Assembly (NCBI GenBank): GCA_963782525.1
Contig: CAWAKC010000003.1
Span: 32,001-96,000, forward strand
Source of the DNA: Candidatus Bathyarchaeota archaeon
GTDB taxonomy: Archaea; Thermoproteota; Bathyarchaeia; Bathyarchaeales; Bathycorpusculaceae
Direction: 5' to 3'
Length of the DNA: 64,000 nucleotides
Position numbers and translations under genes: made by a program
The notes under the pieces: model-generated
Seen by the model: only the letters and a program-made list of their open reading frames with translations
What the model was told of the DNA's origin: nothing
Database searches by the model: none
Part shown: in pieces, positions 21,871-33,094 of the stretch
How the letters are laid out: each line of letters opens with the position of its first letter
Position numbering within the stretch: the stretch's first letter is position 1

Positions 21871-22262
21871 CTAACAAACTAAATTGTGGTAAAACAACAA
21901 CACGATGAATTTTTGTTGGGCCAATCTTATCAGTTTTTAACGTAGGGCTTCTTCAAACTGAAAACTAAAACTCTAAAGGCAGTGGTTTCTGAAAAGAACC
22001 AATCTCTAACCTTCCGCTCAACCTCAACTAGCCATGGTTTGCCTTTCGTCATGTTTTCTGCAAAACAATACCTAACTCTTTGGATATAAGTTCAACAGGC
22101 TGAAAAATAGTTTTGGTTGGTCCCGGAAAAATGCAGCCGCAATTTATTTTTTTGACCAAACCACAAAACAACGGCGACGCGACACCAAGGATTGAATAAC
22201 GCCAAGACGAAAACCATAGTTTATTAGGAAGTATTTAGAATTGTTGCGGTAAGCTGCCACAT

Positions 22263-22339
22263 GCGGTAATAGTACAGCTTGGTCAGTACATAGGCTTGCC
22301 AAGTCTAGGACCCGGGTTCAAATCCCGGTTACCGCACCA
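22263..22339 (+). tRNA. tRNA-Gly(GCC), intronless, CCA encoded
   Basis: Acceptor GCGGTAA/TTACCGC, D stem GTAC/GTAC, anticodon arm TAGGC-TTGCCAA-GTCTA, T arm CCGGG-TTCAAAT-CCCGG, then ACCA. Confidence 0.93.
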
Positions 22340-22929
22340 CTGTTATAATTCCAGTTTATTCCAATTCAATCCTTTTTCAAGCATTATAATGCCATCTGAA
22401 TAAAACTCATAGTAGCCCAATTAAGATAACAAATCTTTTATGCAGAAAGAACAGAGTCCATTTGATGCCAATGAAGAAATTAATAATATCAGAAATTCTC
22501 ACAGGATTGTTGGCGTTAACAATGGCCATAATTACGTTGTACCATTTTAAGTTAGGCGCAATTGGCACATACATATTTGCTTTTGGAACAATTATTATAG
22601 CTTCAACAATGCTTGTCGTGGGAATTTTTAGGTTGGCTAACGTTTTCTCGTTTGAGCCTTTAAGCTTAGCTAAAAAAATTGACGTTGGTACAAGTGTATT
22701 AACGATTGCGATGGCTGTTATAATTTTGTATTTACAAATTGTTGCGGGCAGAGAGTTTTTACAAGTTATTGGAGGAGGCGCACGTTGGCTTCATGTCTTG
22801 TTTGGTTTAGGATTGTTAGGTTATGCCGTTGGTTTGGTCGCTATGGGGGTGCTATCACGCGAGTACCGCTATGGTCTAAGAGCCTATTATTCAGCGATAG
22901 GCATCGCAATTGGAGTTTTATCATTTATT

Positions 22930-23952
22930 TAGGGGTGTGCAGAATTTAAGCTGCTTCCCAATTATGTTCTAGTATGGAAGCCTGTGAAGTTGTCAGGCTT
23001 TTCGTCAACAAAGCAATCGTTTCTGTAGAACCCAAAAGACGCGGAAATCCAGGCTACGGACGCCTAAGAGCACTAAGAGTTCTCGTTTATGCCAGACTGA
23101 AAGGATTAGAGAACGACACACGTGTAATTGAACATCTAAAGAAGCATACGGACGTTGCTAGAACACTTGGCTTATTCAAAGTACCCAATAGAACCACTGT
23201 TGGAAGATGGTGGAGACGCTATCTTGACGTTCTTGAAGAAACTTTTAAGAAGATATCGGCTATGCTTCAACTAGTGACACCGACCACTATTCTAATTGTT
23301 GACTCAACGCCGTTAGTGGATCTCTACGATATGGAAGCGGGCTGGGGTCACACGAGCCGTGGAAAATTCAGAGGTTTCAAGCTTCATGCAGCGGTAAATC
23401 AGCTGGGGTTGCCGTTGAGAGCAGTTGTTACGCCTGGTAATCGTTATGACTCGCCTTTTCTTCCCGGTCTCATTGAGGATTTGGAAGCAGAATACGTTTT
23501 GGCCGATGCGGGTTATGACTCGAAAACAAACAAAAGAGCAGCCAAGGGCATTGAAGCTGAGCCTGTTATTGCTCCTAATCCTAGAAGGGGAAAACGCAAA
23601 AGAATCAAACATGCTAGACTCTTGGAGACTAAGCGTTATGTGGTTGAGCAGTTTAATGGGCATCTTAAAGCTAACGTTTTGAGGAATTGCTGGGTGAGGC
23701 CTAAGGGTTTGGTGAAGAAGGCGGCTATGGTGATGGCTGGCTTGATTAGTTATGATGCTGAAGCAATACGATCGCTTATTGTTGGCGAGCAAAGTCTAAA
23801 AACGGTAAGCAAGTACTGGGCTTGACCCAACAACAAATGATCATGGAGCCCTCAAAGACACCAAATCAATGGTATTTACGGGTACGATCCCAGACTTGCT
23901 CAAAGATAACTTACCTATCGGAACTATAAAAAATGAATTGCGCACACGTCTA
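22930..23952 (+). mobile_element. Insertion sequence with DDE transposase (IS5/IS4-like)
   Basis: Imperfect terminal inverted repeats TAGGGGTGTGCAGAATT / AATTGCGCACACGTCTA. 7-bp target duplication ATTTATT at 22923-22929 and 23953-23959. Confidence 0.9.
22974..23825 (+). CDS. DDE transposase
   Basis: IVDSTPL, GFKLHAAV, LADAGYDS, KRYVVEQFNGHLK. Confidence 0.9.
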   Translation: MEACEVVRLFVNKAIVSVEPKRRGNPGYGRLRALRVLVYARLKGLENDTRVIEHLKKHTDVARTLGLFKVPNRTTVGRWWRRYLDVLEETFKKISAMLQLVTPTTILIVDSTPLVDLYDMEAGWGHTSRGKFRGFKLHAAVNQLGLPLRAVVTPGNRYDSPFLPGLIEDLEAEYVLADAGYDSKTNKRAAKGIEAEPVIAPNPRRGKRKRIKHARLLETKRYVVEQFNGHLKANVLRNCWVRPKGLVKKAAMVMAGLISYDAEAIRSLIVGEQSLKTVSKYWA

Positions 23953-24446
23953 ATTTATTGTATTGTCATCTCAAATGGTCCTGACTTCACCGGTAGTTAA
24001 TGGTGGCAAATTCTATCTTACATATGGGTATTTTGTAAGGATAGCGCTCATCTTGATAGGCGTTAATTGTTTAATATCAGCAATTATTGCTGTGCTTTTT
24101 TTGAAAAAACAAAAACAAAGTCCCATAGGGGTGGCAAATCCTCCCTCACTAGAATAATTTGGGGAAGGTCCCTTTTTCCGACATGAAAAATGAATCGTCG
24201 GGTATAAAAAAATTTCAAGCGCATTGGAGCTCAGCCTCGAAGTTCAACGTCAAACCAGTCAGGAAAAAATGCATCATAATAGAAGTAGCTTCATTTTCTT
24301 TCTGATTCATCAAAAAGCCTCCTAATTAACAAAGATCAAAGAAAAATGGTGCGGGCAAACAGGTGAATTTCCTTTTGGAAATGCAAATAAGTGCGAATGC
24401 AGATTAGCCATCGACAAAGCTCAGGGCAGTCCCGGTGTAGTGTCGG

Positions 24447-24471
24447 GCGGTCGTAGTCTAGTTTGGTCTAG
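24447..24471 (+). repeat. att-like copy of the first 25 nt of the tRNA-Gly at 58573
   Basis: GCGGTCGTAGTCTAGTTTGGTCTAG is identical to 58573-58597. About 90 bp upstream is also homologous to ~58480-58572. Confidence 0.85.
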
Positions 24472-24756
24472 TTCTTAGATGCCGATATCGACATTAGGAG
24501 TTTCGTGTTTTTGCGTTTCTTTTTTTATCAACGAATTTGAAAAGGAAACGCGGATATAGGGTTCTGTAAAATCCAAAATGAAGATTGTGAATAAAAACCC
24601 CGAAGCTGAAGCGTGTGCTTTCTGGTATGCATAATCTTCTAAAGAAATATTGATATACGAATCACGCAATAAGAAAAATAAAGGAGAAAAAAAGAAAATG
24701 ATGGCAGATAAAAACTTATAATTTGTTCTAAAAATTGAAATTTAGAGAAAGTCAAA

Positions 24757-24987
24757 CTAATTTTTCTTCTTCACAAACATCGCAAACAAGTAAAAAACAT
24801 AGATAAAGCTGAAGCCAACGAGCCCAAACTCAGTGTATCTAATGATGAGGTTGTTTTCGCCTAGGATGAAGTATCCCTGTGTTGATATGTCGTAGAATAT
24901 CCAGCTCATCATCAGTACGGAGCCTATTAGTGTTGAAATTCCGACGACGTGGAAAGCGTCTCGATAAACTTCGGACATACTATGCAC
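24757..24987 (-). CDS. Small two-TM hypothetical protein
   Basis: Two hydrophobic helices and a KKKN tail. Confidence 0.5.
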   Translation of the reverse strand: MHSMSEVYRDAFHVVGISTLIGSVLMMSWIFYDISTQGYFILGENNLIIRYTEFGLVGFSFIYVFYLFAMFVKKKN

Positions 24988-25060
24988 TTCAGACGTTGTT
25001 GCGTCAGGTTATCATTCTTTAGCGTTCAAGTTAGTATGGTTTATGACTTTTGAATCTGAA

Positions 25061-26662
25061 TTAAAAATAAGCTGAATTGACGGTACCTACTGATTTTTTC
25101 CTCAACCTCAGAAATAACACAACTGAGGCGGTTACTGCAACGAATGCTACGACTATTATTCCATATGTTACGCCTTGGGGTATGCCTGTCGGATTGATTG
25201 TTTCTGTTGTTGAGGTGGGAGGCACCGGGGTTGGAATGAGTGTTGATGTTGGCGACACGGTAGCGGCCGGTTCTTGATTAGTCGTTGATGTTACGGTCGG
25301 CGTAGGACTACCAGAGGGAGTTGGAGAAGGAGTTGGTGTGGTTATAGGTGTTGGCGTTGGAGTTGGAGAGACTGTTGGAGTAGGACTTGGTGAAAGTGTA
25401 GGTGTAGGGGTTGGTGACGGAGAAGGTGTTGGCGTTGGAGTTGGAGAGACTGTTGGAGTAGGACTTGGTGAAAGTGTAGGTGTAGGGGTTGGTGACGGAG
25501 AAGGTGTTGGCGTTGGAGTTGGACTGGGAGTGGGTGTGGGAGTAGGCGTCAAAGAAATCTTTGATAGCCATGAGTAAGTGTTTGCTCCAATTGAGTAGGT
25601 TCCTGCGATTGCGTAACTTCCATCATTGCATCTAATTATGCCTGAAAGGTTTGTGCCTGTAAATGTGTATGACCATTGATTGTTTCCTGAAGAATCCAGC
25701 TTCAATAAAGTGTTACCCCCTATTACAAGATAGCCATCATCATCAGTCTGAATAAATGAAGAAATATTGATTCCAAAGGTTTGGTTCCATTGAATGTTTC
25801 CAGAAGAATCTAACTTTACAAGCCCCTGTAGTCCGTATAGGCCTGGTCCGTTGGAAACTAAGAAACCGTCATCACTGGTGGTAATAGATGAGCCGAAAGT
25901 CTCGAAAATTGTGTATATTTTATGCCAGAGTTCATCCCCATTGGAATCTATTTTTATTAGTAAACCATTCAGCCCAGCACTTGCACCAAATAAAGCGTAT
26001 CCTCCGTCGTTAAATTGAGATATGCCATTAAGATATGAACCATCTGATGAGGTATTGTAACTTATGTATGTTTTTGCCCAAACTGGATTACCCGAAGAAT
26101 CAATCTTGTTTAGCCAAGGATAACGCAACGCGCGCGCTAAATCACCGGTACCTCCAAAGATTAATCCGTCGTCACTTGATTGGAGTAGCAAGGTTCCACT
26201 GTGGTAGACCTGCAACTTTTCCCAAATCTGATTGCCGTTGCCATCTGTTTTTATGACGTGGGTAACAGTTTCTTGTCCGGATTGGCCGTTATTGTAGCCG
26301 AGGGCAAGCCCACCATCGGTTGTCTGAATTAATCCATAGCCCCATACGCCACGATAGGTACTGATAGGGTAACTTTTGGTCCAAAGTAGATTTCCGGCAG
26401 AATCTGTTTTGAGAATTAATGCTTGGGGAGTGGGTAATGGAATATTAAATATATTATATGATTGATTTGTTGATTGTAATGCATAGCCTCCATCGCTAGT
26501 TTGAACGAGATGGTAGCATGTTTGATTTACTGGTGTGCCATAAATGTTGGTCCATAAAATTGTATATTGGGTTGCTGCCTTTCCAGTCTGTGAAGTTAAT
26601 GTGAACGCTAAAGAGCTAAACAAAAGAGCAATCAGACAAATCGTCGTCCATATTCTCTTCAA
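25061..26662 (-). CDS. Cell-surface protein with beta-propeller-like repeats, PT linker and C-terminal TM anchor
   Basis: Signal peptide; repeated QTSDGGY and [11 protein letters not shown] units; 78-bp tandem repeat (~25347-25520) in the PT linker; TM + RLRKK. Confidence 0.8.
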   Translation of the reverse strand: MKRIWTTICLIALLFSSLAFTLTSQTGKAATQYTILWTNIYGTPVNQTCYHLVQTSDGGYALQSTNQSYNIFNIPLPTPQALILKTDSAGNLLWTKSYPISTYRGVWGYGLIQTTDGGLALGYNNGQSGQETVTHVIKTDGNGNQIWEKLQVYHSGTLLLQSSDDGLIFGGTGDLARALRYPWLNKIDSSGNPVWAKTYISYNTSSDGSYLNGISQFNDGGYALFGASAGLNGLLIKIDSNGDELWHKIYTIFETFGSSITTSDDGFLVSNGPGLYGLQGLVKLDSSGNIQWNQTFGINISSFIQTDDDGYLVIGGNTLLKLDSSGNNQWSYTFTGTNLSGIIRCNDGSYAIAGTYSIGANTYSWLSKISLTPTPTPTPSPTPTPTPSPSPTPTPTLSPSPTPTVSPTPTPTPSPSPTPTPTLSPSPTPTVSPTPTPTPITTPTPSPTPSGSPTPTVTSTTNQEPAATVSPTSTLIPTPVPPTSTTETINPTGIPQGVTYGIIVVAFVAVTASVVLFLRLRKKSVGTVNSAYF

Positions 26663-27271
26663 AACTGCAAACCTTCTCCAATGTAAATTAACAGTTCACG
26701 CTTAAAAGCTAGCACTGGAAAAACATTTCAACTTTCTACAGATGTGTAGTGGCAATTTGGCGCAAATCTTATTTCTCTGTTCGGCACAATTAATAATCGT
26801 TGTCTTGTTTTTTGGTGTCTTGAGGGTTAACTCTCTGTTTTGTTGTCTGCTCAAGCTGTTCCCGGAAGCAAAATATGTTTGAAGATTTCAAGGAAAAAGT
26901 GGGAAGATTCCAAAATAAGAATGAACGAGAAATCCCTTCAATGTCAAGTGTCTTACCGCCTGAGATTACAGAGAAACTGAGAAAAAACGGAATTGACCCC
27001 GATAACGTTACTATTTAGCAACTATTTCCAGCAACCTTAGATGGAGATGGCAACGACTTATCGTTGATGTCTGGCGCTGAAAGGGAAATCTTGATAACTT
27101 ATTGCAAAACTCGCAAGTACTTGCTTGAGAAGTATCCGCAGTCGCAAGAAGAAGCAAGAACACAAGAATAAACAATGAGATTAGAAAAAGCTTTAGCAGA
27201 AACAGATTAACCATTTCGATAAGGTATGCAGATAGCATACTCTAAGAAAAAAGAAAAGGGAAATTATTTTT

Positions 27272-27637
27272 TCAAATGAATGGAAGCCCTAAACCTATTA
27301 CCGCGATGCCTATCAAAGCCAGTATGAAAACTATCACTACGAAAACTATCACTGCTATTACCGCTATCGCAAACGCCATTAGCCAGCCACAGTCAAAGAA
27401 GTGCTTAATCAATGCGAGCCAAACTACAAACATTATTAGAGCCGCGATTAAGCCGCCGATTAAAGCTCCAACAATTGCGCCGATGACGACTCCAAGAACA
27501 ACTATCCAGATGGCATCGGTGAACTTTGCTTTCTGTTTGCCAACGAGTGCTCTTCCAACAAGCCAGAGTACGGGTGCAACTATGATTATGCTTACGACTA
27601 TGCTTATCAATAGTCCAACAAAATCCATAAAACTCAT
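27272..27637 (-). CDS. Small polytopic membrane protein
   Basis: Almost entirely hydrophobic, with KHFFDCGW loop. Confidence 0.65.
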   Translation of the reverse strand: MSFMDFVGLLISIVVSIIIVAPVLWLVGRALVGKQKAKFTDAIWIVVLGVVIGAIVGALIGGLIAALIMFVVWLALIKHFFDCGWLMAFAIAVIAVIVFVVIVFILALIGIAVIGLGLPFI

Positions 27638-28078
27638 TTCCAATAAGTTTTATGGAAGCCTTTACTAATAAATTAAGCGGTTTTTTGGTTAATGCAAAAG
27701 CCAAACTATGTAAAAATGCTACAAAGTTTTTTGTCAAGAATTTAGTTGTTGATTGTGAATTCGTTAGTTTCTTTTCTATTCTCACGCGCTTAAACATAGG
27801 CGTTCTTAAACTATTGTCTTAGTTACCGATTGGTATGATACCTCGCAAACTAATAATGACTTAACCAAGTAACCTTGCCCTTCAATCTTGATAGGGAAAA
27901 AATCCAGTAAAGATTCAAGTATTTCTTGACTAAGAAAAGACGAAGCATTACAAGTATAAACAAATTCCTTTTGTTCATCGTGGAGTCCGACGAGAAGAGA
28001 TCCAAAAGTTGAAGCCCTGACTCCCTCACCTTTAGTGTAGCCTAAGATACCGAAGTCAAGTGGCCGCAACGGTTTTAT

Positions 28079-28647
28079 TAAAATTCGACGAGAATACTGC
28101 AGCCGTAGGCTGCAGATGAATCGTCCGTAAGCTCTTTTTGCCAACTTGCTATTTTGGGTTTCCTAGACGGCAGTTTGCGTCTACCGTCTAGGAGGTGTCA
28201 CAAAATGGGTTTGGAGTCTTTAAGCCATGGCTATGGGCAATGTGCGTTCCATATTGTGCTTGTGCCTAAGTATAGGCATAGGATATTTGTGGATCTTGGC
28301 ATTAAAAGCTGTTGCGAGAGGGCTTTGAGGGAGACTGCTTCTAGAATTGGCTGTCAAGTGTATGCTTTGCAGGTTGGTGCTGATCACGTGCATATCTTCG
28401 TCGGGTTGCATCCGGATTGTTCGGTGTCTGAAATGATTTGCCTCTTAAAGTGTAACAGTGCAAGGAGGTTGTTTTTGGAGCATCCTGAGCTTAAGAGTAA
28501 GCTTTGGAAGGGGCATCTTTGGTCTAGGGGTAAATTCTATCGTTCAATTGGCCAAGTTAACGCTGAAACAATCAAACGCTATATAGAACAGTCTAAGCAT
28601 CAATAGTTTTTTTGAGATACCGCAACCGTAAGGTTGCGGTCATTCAT
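28079..28647 (+). mobile_element. IS200/IS605-family element carrying tnpA only
   Basis: Inserted 3' of TTTAT (28074-28078) and ends in TTCAT, with no TSD. Subterminal hairpins ctgcagccgtaggctgcag and ccgcaaccgtaaggttgcgg. Removal rejoins ligase codons LKIKP. Confidence 0.85.
28205..28606 (+). CDS. tnpA: Y1 HUH transposase TnpA
   Basis: FHIVLVPKYR, DHVH, LWSRG, IKRYIEQ. Confidence 0.92.
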   Translation: MGLESLSHGYGQCAFHIVLVPKYRHRIFVDLGIKSCCERALRETASRIGCQVYALQVGADHVHIFVGLHPDCSVSEMICLLKCNSARRLFLEHPELKSKLWKGHLWSRGKFYRSIGQVNAETIKRYIEQSKHQ

Positions 28648-28963
28648 TTTTAGCTAGGAGTCGCCCTTGTACCCTGCTCGTAAACACTGTCCTTTCTTTT
28701 TGCCACAACGCCTCCAACATATTGGCAACCACAACTCTGTAGTTATTACTGGTTTTTTTTTATCATAGTATGTTCGCCTTCGGAATGTTTTAGTAAAAGA
28801 GGGATGGCGTGTTTGAGACGACCGTTATGATTAAGGTCTTCGCATTTTTTTACCTAAGCACTTACGTTCTGGCAACTCGTCAGCTTTCCACTTTTAACTA
28901 TCTCTCCATTAAGGGTGTTAGTCGTTTCAGCGCCTTGCTTTTTAAGTCATTTCGGAAATAGCA

Positions 28964-29464
28964 ATGTGCGTTTTATGGTTGATTTGTATAGATCTTGTGA
29001 CGCTTGCGGAAAAAGGATTGGCGGAGGCTTCTATTAACGAAAACAGTGAAAATGGCGTTTTAATGCATAATGTACCCTTTGAATCAGGATCAAACGACAG
29101 AATTAGGCCAAGAGCGCTTATTTTTAAGGCGCGGGATAAGGAGCTTTCTAAAATTAAGAAGATAATTGAGACAGATTTTCCAGAGGTTAAAATATTATAT
29201 ATTACGACTGGTCCTCCGTTGAGCATTCTTCGGGTTATTAAGTCAACGCCTTTAGAAAACCAGAACTCTTCTGTCAACTACTTTATACTATTGAGTAACG
29301 GACCGAAGAGATTTTTCAATAAATTGGATAACTCATTTGGGTTCGCATGCGGAAATAGAGAAGGTATAAAAATAATTGATGAAATCCGCGGTAGCCTTAG
29401 CAGAAAATGCATTACGGTTTCTTTTGCAATATGTGCCTTGACAAATCATTTGCCAATTAAGTAA
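28964..29464 (+). CDS. Hypothetical protein (start and 3' part uncertain)
   Basis: Open frame with a protein-like central part; no recognised motif. Confidence 0.35.
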   Translation: MCVLWLICIDLVTLAEKGLAEASINENSENGVLMHNVPFESGSNDRIRPRALIFKARDKELSKIKKIIETDFPEVKILYITTGPPLSILRVIKSTPLENQNSSVNYFILLSNGPKRFFNKLDNSFGFACGNREGIKIIDEIRGSLSRKCITVSFAICALTNHLPIK

Positions 29465-29492
29465 GGCCAAAACAAATTGTTTAAAAAAATTG

Positions 29493-29933
29493 TTAACGAA
29501 ATTTTCTTGATTTGCTTTCGGAACAGTGAGGGTTAAAGCAATTAAGACATCCTTTAGGGAAGGTTTGGCAGAGTTGTTTTTTCTTGAAACCCCATTTCTT
29601 TCTTAATTCGTCGGCTTCAGCTTCTTGATCGTCTACCTTGTTTTGTGTCTTAGTATAGTTGAGGTAGGCATGGGCGATTTCATGTGCAATTAAGGATTCT
29701 GAGTCGGTTCTTTTTAGAATTATCATATAAGACTTTTTTATTTCTTTTACTTGTATGGTTTGACTTTGGCCTGCATGAAATGAGATTTTCTGTAAGGTAA
29801 ATTGGTAAACTTCTTCAGGTAACCTCGCCAAAGTATTCAGTAATCTTTTATGGAGGGTGCTCCATCGTTGAGCAAGATGAATAAACTCGTCAATATCACT
29901 TTCAAAATCTATTTCAGATTTATCTTTTCTCAT
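29493..29933 (-). CDS. HExxH zinc metallopeptidase-like protein (ImmA/IrrE-like pattern)
   Basis: LIAHEIAHAYL...EAEAD...WGF, with a Cys-rich tail. Confidence 0.55.
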   Translation of the reverse strand: MRKDKSEIDFESDIDEFIHLAQRWSTLHKRLLNTLARLPEEVYQFTLQKISFHAGQSQTIQVKEIKKSYMIILKRTDSESLIAHEIAHAYLNYTKTQNKVDDQEAEADELRKKWGFKKKQLCQTFPKGCLNCFNPHCSESKSRKFR

Positions 29934-30109
29934 ATTTTTTCTCCATAATCTTGTTGTGCACTAAATATAACTTGCTTGATGCCTTCTTGATAGAATTACG
30001 TCGTTTAATTAATTTATTAATGCGCTCAAGTTACAATTTCTTGATACTTCATGAATTATTATTAGCCTATGCTTGCAAAGTCAATTTCTAAGTCTTTTTC
30101 TTGCAAGGA

Positions 30110-31003
30110 TTGGTTTTTTTGAAGTCAAGTGGGATGGTTTTCAAGCAATAGCTTACGTTGACGACTTCTTTACAGTTCAGAGCCGCAACTCAAAGGAACT
30201 GAAACATTTTTTTCCTGAATTTGAAGAACTTAGGCAGTAGGCTAAGAATGTGGTCGTTGATGGCGAAATCGTTACAATGAAGGCGGGAAAAGTGGATTTT
30301 CACTCCCTCCAGGAAAGAGGCCACCAGATTTCAACCAAAGATATATAGCGATTACGACTCCAGTCGCCGGCAACCTACGTTGTTTTTGGTATTTTAGAGA
30401 AGATGGAGAGCCACTTGTTGGACTTCCCTTGATTGAAAGAAAAGGGATTCTGAAAAAATCGGTTAAGGAAAGCTCGCATGTAATAATCAACGATTACGTC
30501 GAAGAGAAAGGCGTAAAATTCTACCAAGCGGTTTTGATCTTGAAGGCATGGTCGCCAAACGCTAGGACAGCAGCTATGAACAAGGGTTTAGAACGGGCAG
30601 CTGGCTGAAAGTTAAGAATCTAAAAACATGCGACTTCGTTATTTTTGGCTATTCAAAAGGTGTCGGCGCAAAAGAATCAAAGTTTGGCGCTTTAATCGTG
30701 GGTCTGTATAATGAAGAAAGAAAACCAGTCTACATCGCTCACGTTGGCACGGGCTTTGCTCAGAAGATGCTCGATTCTCTGATGATTGAGTTTAGAAAAA
30801 TCAAAATTGTCCTAGCACCTTTCAGCGTTCGAAGCATGGACGGGTGATGTGGCTTAAGCCTAAGATTGTTTGCGAAGTTATTTATCAAGTAATCACCAGG
30901 GATTGCAGATTAAGGATGCCCGTCTCCAAATGCTAAGGACTGATAAAGACCCCAGCGAATGCACCATCGACCAAATAGACGGCAAGGGAAAAGATTTTTC
31001 CTA
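30110..31003 (+). pseudogene. Second ATP-dependent DNA ligase pseudogene
   Basis: EVKWDG (adenylated Lys motif), SRN, VVDGEIV, SWLKVK, FGALIVG, VGTGF, WLKPKIVCEV. Several stops and frameshifts. Confidence 0.8.
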
Positions 31004-31914
31004 AATTATGTAATTCAAGGATTAACGACAAACTAAGATAGAGTCTTAGCTGAAGACGCATAACCGTCTCATTACAGTATATTCAAGCTACGTATTAAAA
31101 TTTAATTTAGACGTATAATACTGTTTTACTTCTTTGAATTATCGGCTTGGGTCTGTCTCGAACGATTATCGTTGGCTTGCTTTTGTCTCGAACTATTGGC
31201 AGCATTTGCTTTTCTTGCTACGCTGCTCCTGTTTGGGGCGGAGGTTGCCGATCCTTCTGGTCTGTGTTGTTTACGCAAAAATATTCACCTAAATACTATA
31301 GCACTTTGTTCTTAATTTGTCTTACATTGAGTGCCCGAAACATGTACTTTTGAGTTTTGATTTATAGAATAACTGCCAAAATATTTAACTAAAAATAGCT
31401 GCTCTTGGAAAGCCTTAAGCGTTTACCTTAGTCAAATTACGTTAAAATCGCCAAAGTAAACAAAGTTAATCATGCCTCAGGCACTAAGTTTTCTATTAAA
31501 GTGCGTACAAAAGAAAACAAAGAAATATTCGCGGGATTTTGAACTTTTGTGCCTTGATAAAATCAAAGGCAAGTTAGTTATCTATAGCCAGAATTAATGG
31601 AGCTAGAGGCTGGGAGTTTCACCCAGCGTCTATGACTTTGCAAGTCATCGTCTGCTCTCGACCACCCTAGCATTAATGGAGCCGTACAAGAACCGTTTTG
31701 GCAACACATGATATTAAGGATTATTCCGAAATAAGATATTGAAAAAAAGGAGTTTATCTTATACCAGCTATCCAGGAAAAGATAGACGGAATACAAGAAT
31801 AACCTATGAATTAAAAAGTACATAAACATGGAACGCGCAACAGTTTTTTATGAAGTATTTGGCAAACTAAGGCACCCTTGATTAGATGAAGCTTATATTT
31901 GGAGATCATTATCA

Positions 31915-32307
31915 GTGATATGGTTGCAAATGTGTGCATTTCAAATAGAAAAGTGCCAAGTAGTTTGGTCAAAAGATGCTTCATCCGAAAACGATAGACA
32001 GTCCATGGTGAAAGCATTAAGAGGCATGTCGGTTGAAATCCAAGAAGCTGTGGAGTTCACCAAGAAGTATAGCGAAATAAGAATGAATGAAGTTAAGTTC
32101 TGGCTTAGCGCAGGCACTGAAATTGACTATACTCTGTCTATTTATTATGATTTTCATGCAGCAGCATGGGGTATGCTTCTTGAGGAAATGGATGCAAAAA
32201 ATGGGTCCCCTAAAGTCGTGGGCGAAATTGCCTGCATGGAACCTATGACCTTTCGCTTTATTGAGCAAGAGAGTATTCTTAAAACTGAACCCTTTTCTAT
32301 CCCTTAA
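31915..32307 (+). CDS. Hypothetical protein
   Basis: 130-aa ORF with normal composition; no motif recognised. Confidence 0.5.
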   Translation: MIWLQMCAFQIEKCQVVWSKDASSENDRQSMVKALRGMSVEIQEAVEFTKKYSEIRMNEVKFWLSAGTEIDYTLSIYYDFHAAAWGMLLEEMDAKNGSPKVVGEIACMEPMTFRFIEQESILKTEPFSIP

Positions 32308-32639
32308 TTATTTCTGGTCGACTTTAACCACAAGGCGTAATAAGATTTAGCATATCGACTATCTATAGCCCTTTTCCAGACCTCAAGGCCTGCCCTAGTC
32401 TTAAGAATTTAATAATTTAAAAATTGCTAGAGACTTGTTGTATTTCTGAACGACTTCATCAAATTTCTTTTGTGACAGAAATATTCCTCAGAGTTTTTGT
32501 CTACGCTTTGCTAATAAACTGTAGTGACTGTTAATTTAGCATTCGTTATTCTTTTTTGGTTTAAGGAACAACTTAAAACCATCCATCATTCACGTAACGA
32601 ATAAAAATAGTGGGCAGGCTCTTCGACAAGTAACTCTAA

Positions 32640-32813
32640 CTATTCAAGTTCTTCACTTGAAACAAGAAACACTGGATACTCTTGTGAACCAGCTGCTTTG
32701 TTACCGGTGTTTGTGTGACCTTTCATACATCTCATTCCGTATCTTGTTTTAGTTTCATTTTCCCAAACCTTTTCAGTTGATCCACCACATATTGGGCACC
32801 TAAAATCTTTCAT
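32640..32813 (-). CDS. 57-aa zinc-finger microprotein (absent from the ORF track)
   Basis: GGTGA RBS, then MKDFRCPICGGS...RCMKGH...EELE (CxxC...CxxxH). Confidence 0.6.
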   Translation of the reverse strand: MKDFRCPICGGSTEKVWENETKTRYGMRCMKGHTNTGNKAAGSQEYPVFLVSSEELE

Positions 32814-33094
32814 ATATTTTCACCAAAACCGAAATTTTTAAGGATAAACAAATAGTCGCTGTTTTTCTCCAAGTTCTTCCGCTCAGTATAAACGTATTGT
32901 TGGCTTGTTTCTTTAAGCCTTCCTGTCGTTTTTTCTCTCTTCTTTGTGGGACTTAGAATGTTTTTGAAGTTAATCAAAGATAGAAATCCGGCGTTTGTGC
33001 GTCGCAATTCCGGTATGGGTTCTCTTAACTCTATTAATTTTAATTGTTTTGAGCTCTATGACTTTAAAGTAAAATTTTTACCTATGCCAACTGC

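Larger units (their letters stand above)
22462..24157 (+). pseudogene. Multi-TM membrane protein (~221 aa, loosely HdeD/DUF308-like) split by an IS
   Basis: Removing 22930-23959 joins ...GVLSFI to VLSSQMV... in frame. Confidence 0.8.
27740..28915 (-). pseudogene. ATP-dependent DNA ligase (LigD ligase-like) remnant interrupted by IS200/IS605
   Basis: Fragments NGEIV, GVVAKRKDSVYEQG, LK|IKPL across the IS, GYTKGEG..FGSLLVG, LVCEVSYQ. Stops and frameshifts present; boundaries approximate. Confidence 0.7.

Noticed and set aside
25338-25577. GV-repeat ORF (also 2379..2756 and 25308..25571)
   Set aside because: Antisense or alternate-frame shadows of Pro/Thr linkers in real surface proteins.
26875-27171. 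Possible small gene starting MFEDFKEKVGRF
   Set aside because: Interrupted by an in-frame TAG and no recognisable family, so it was not called.
27786-27802. CGCTTA-AACA-TAGGCG as another 28-bp site
   Set aside because: Spacing is 2 nt shorter, the outer arms do not match, and it lies within the ligase remnant coding sequence.
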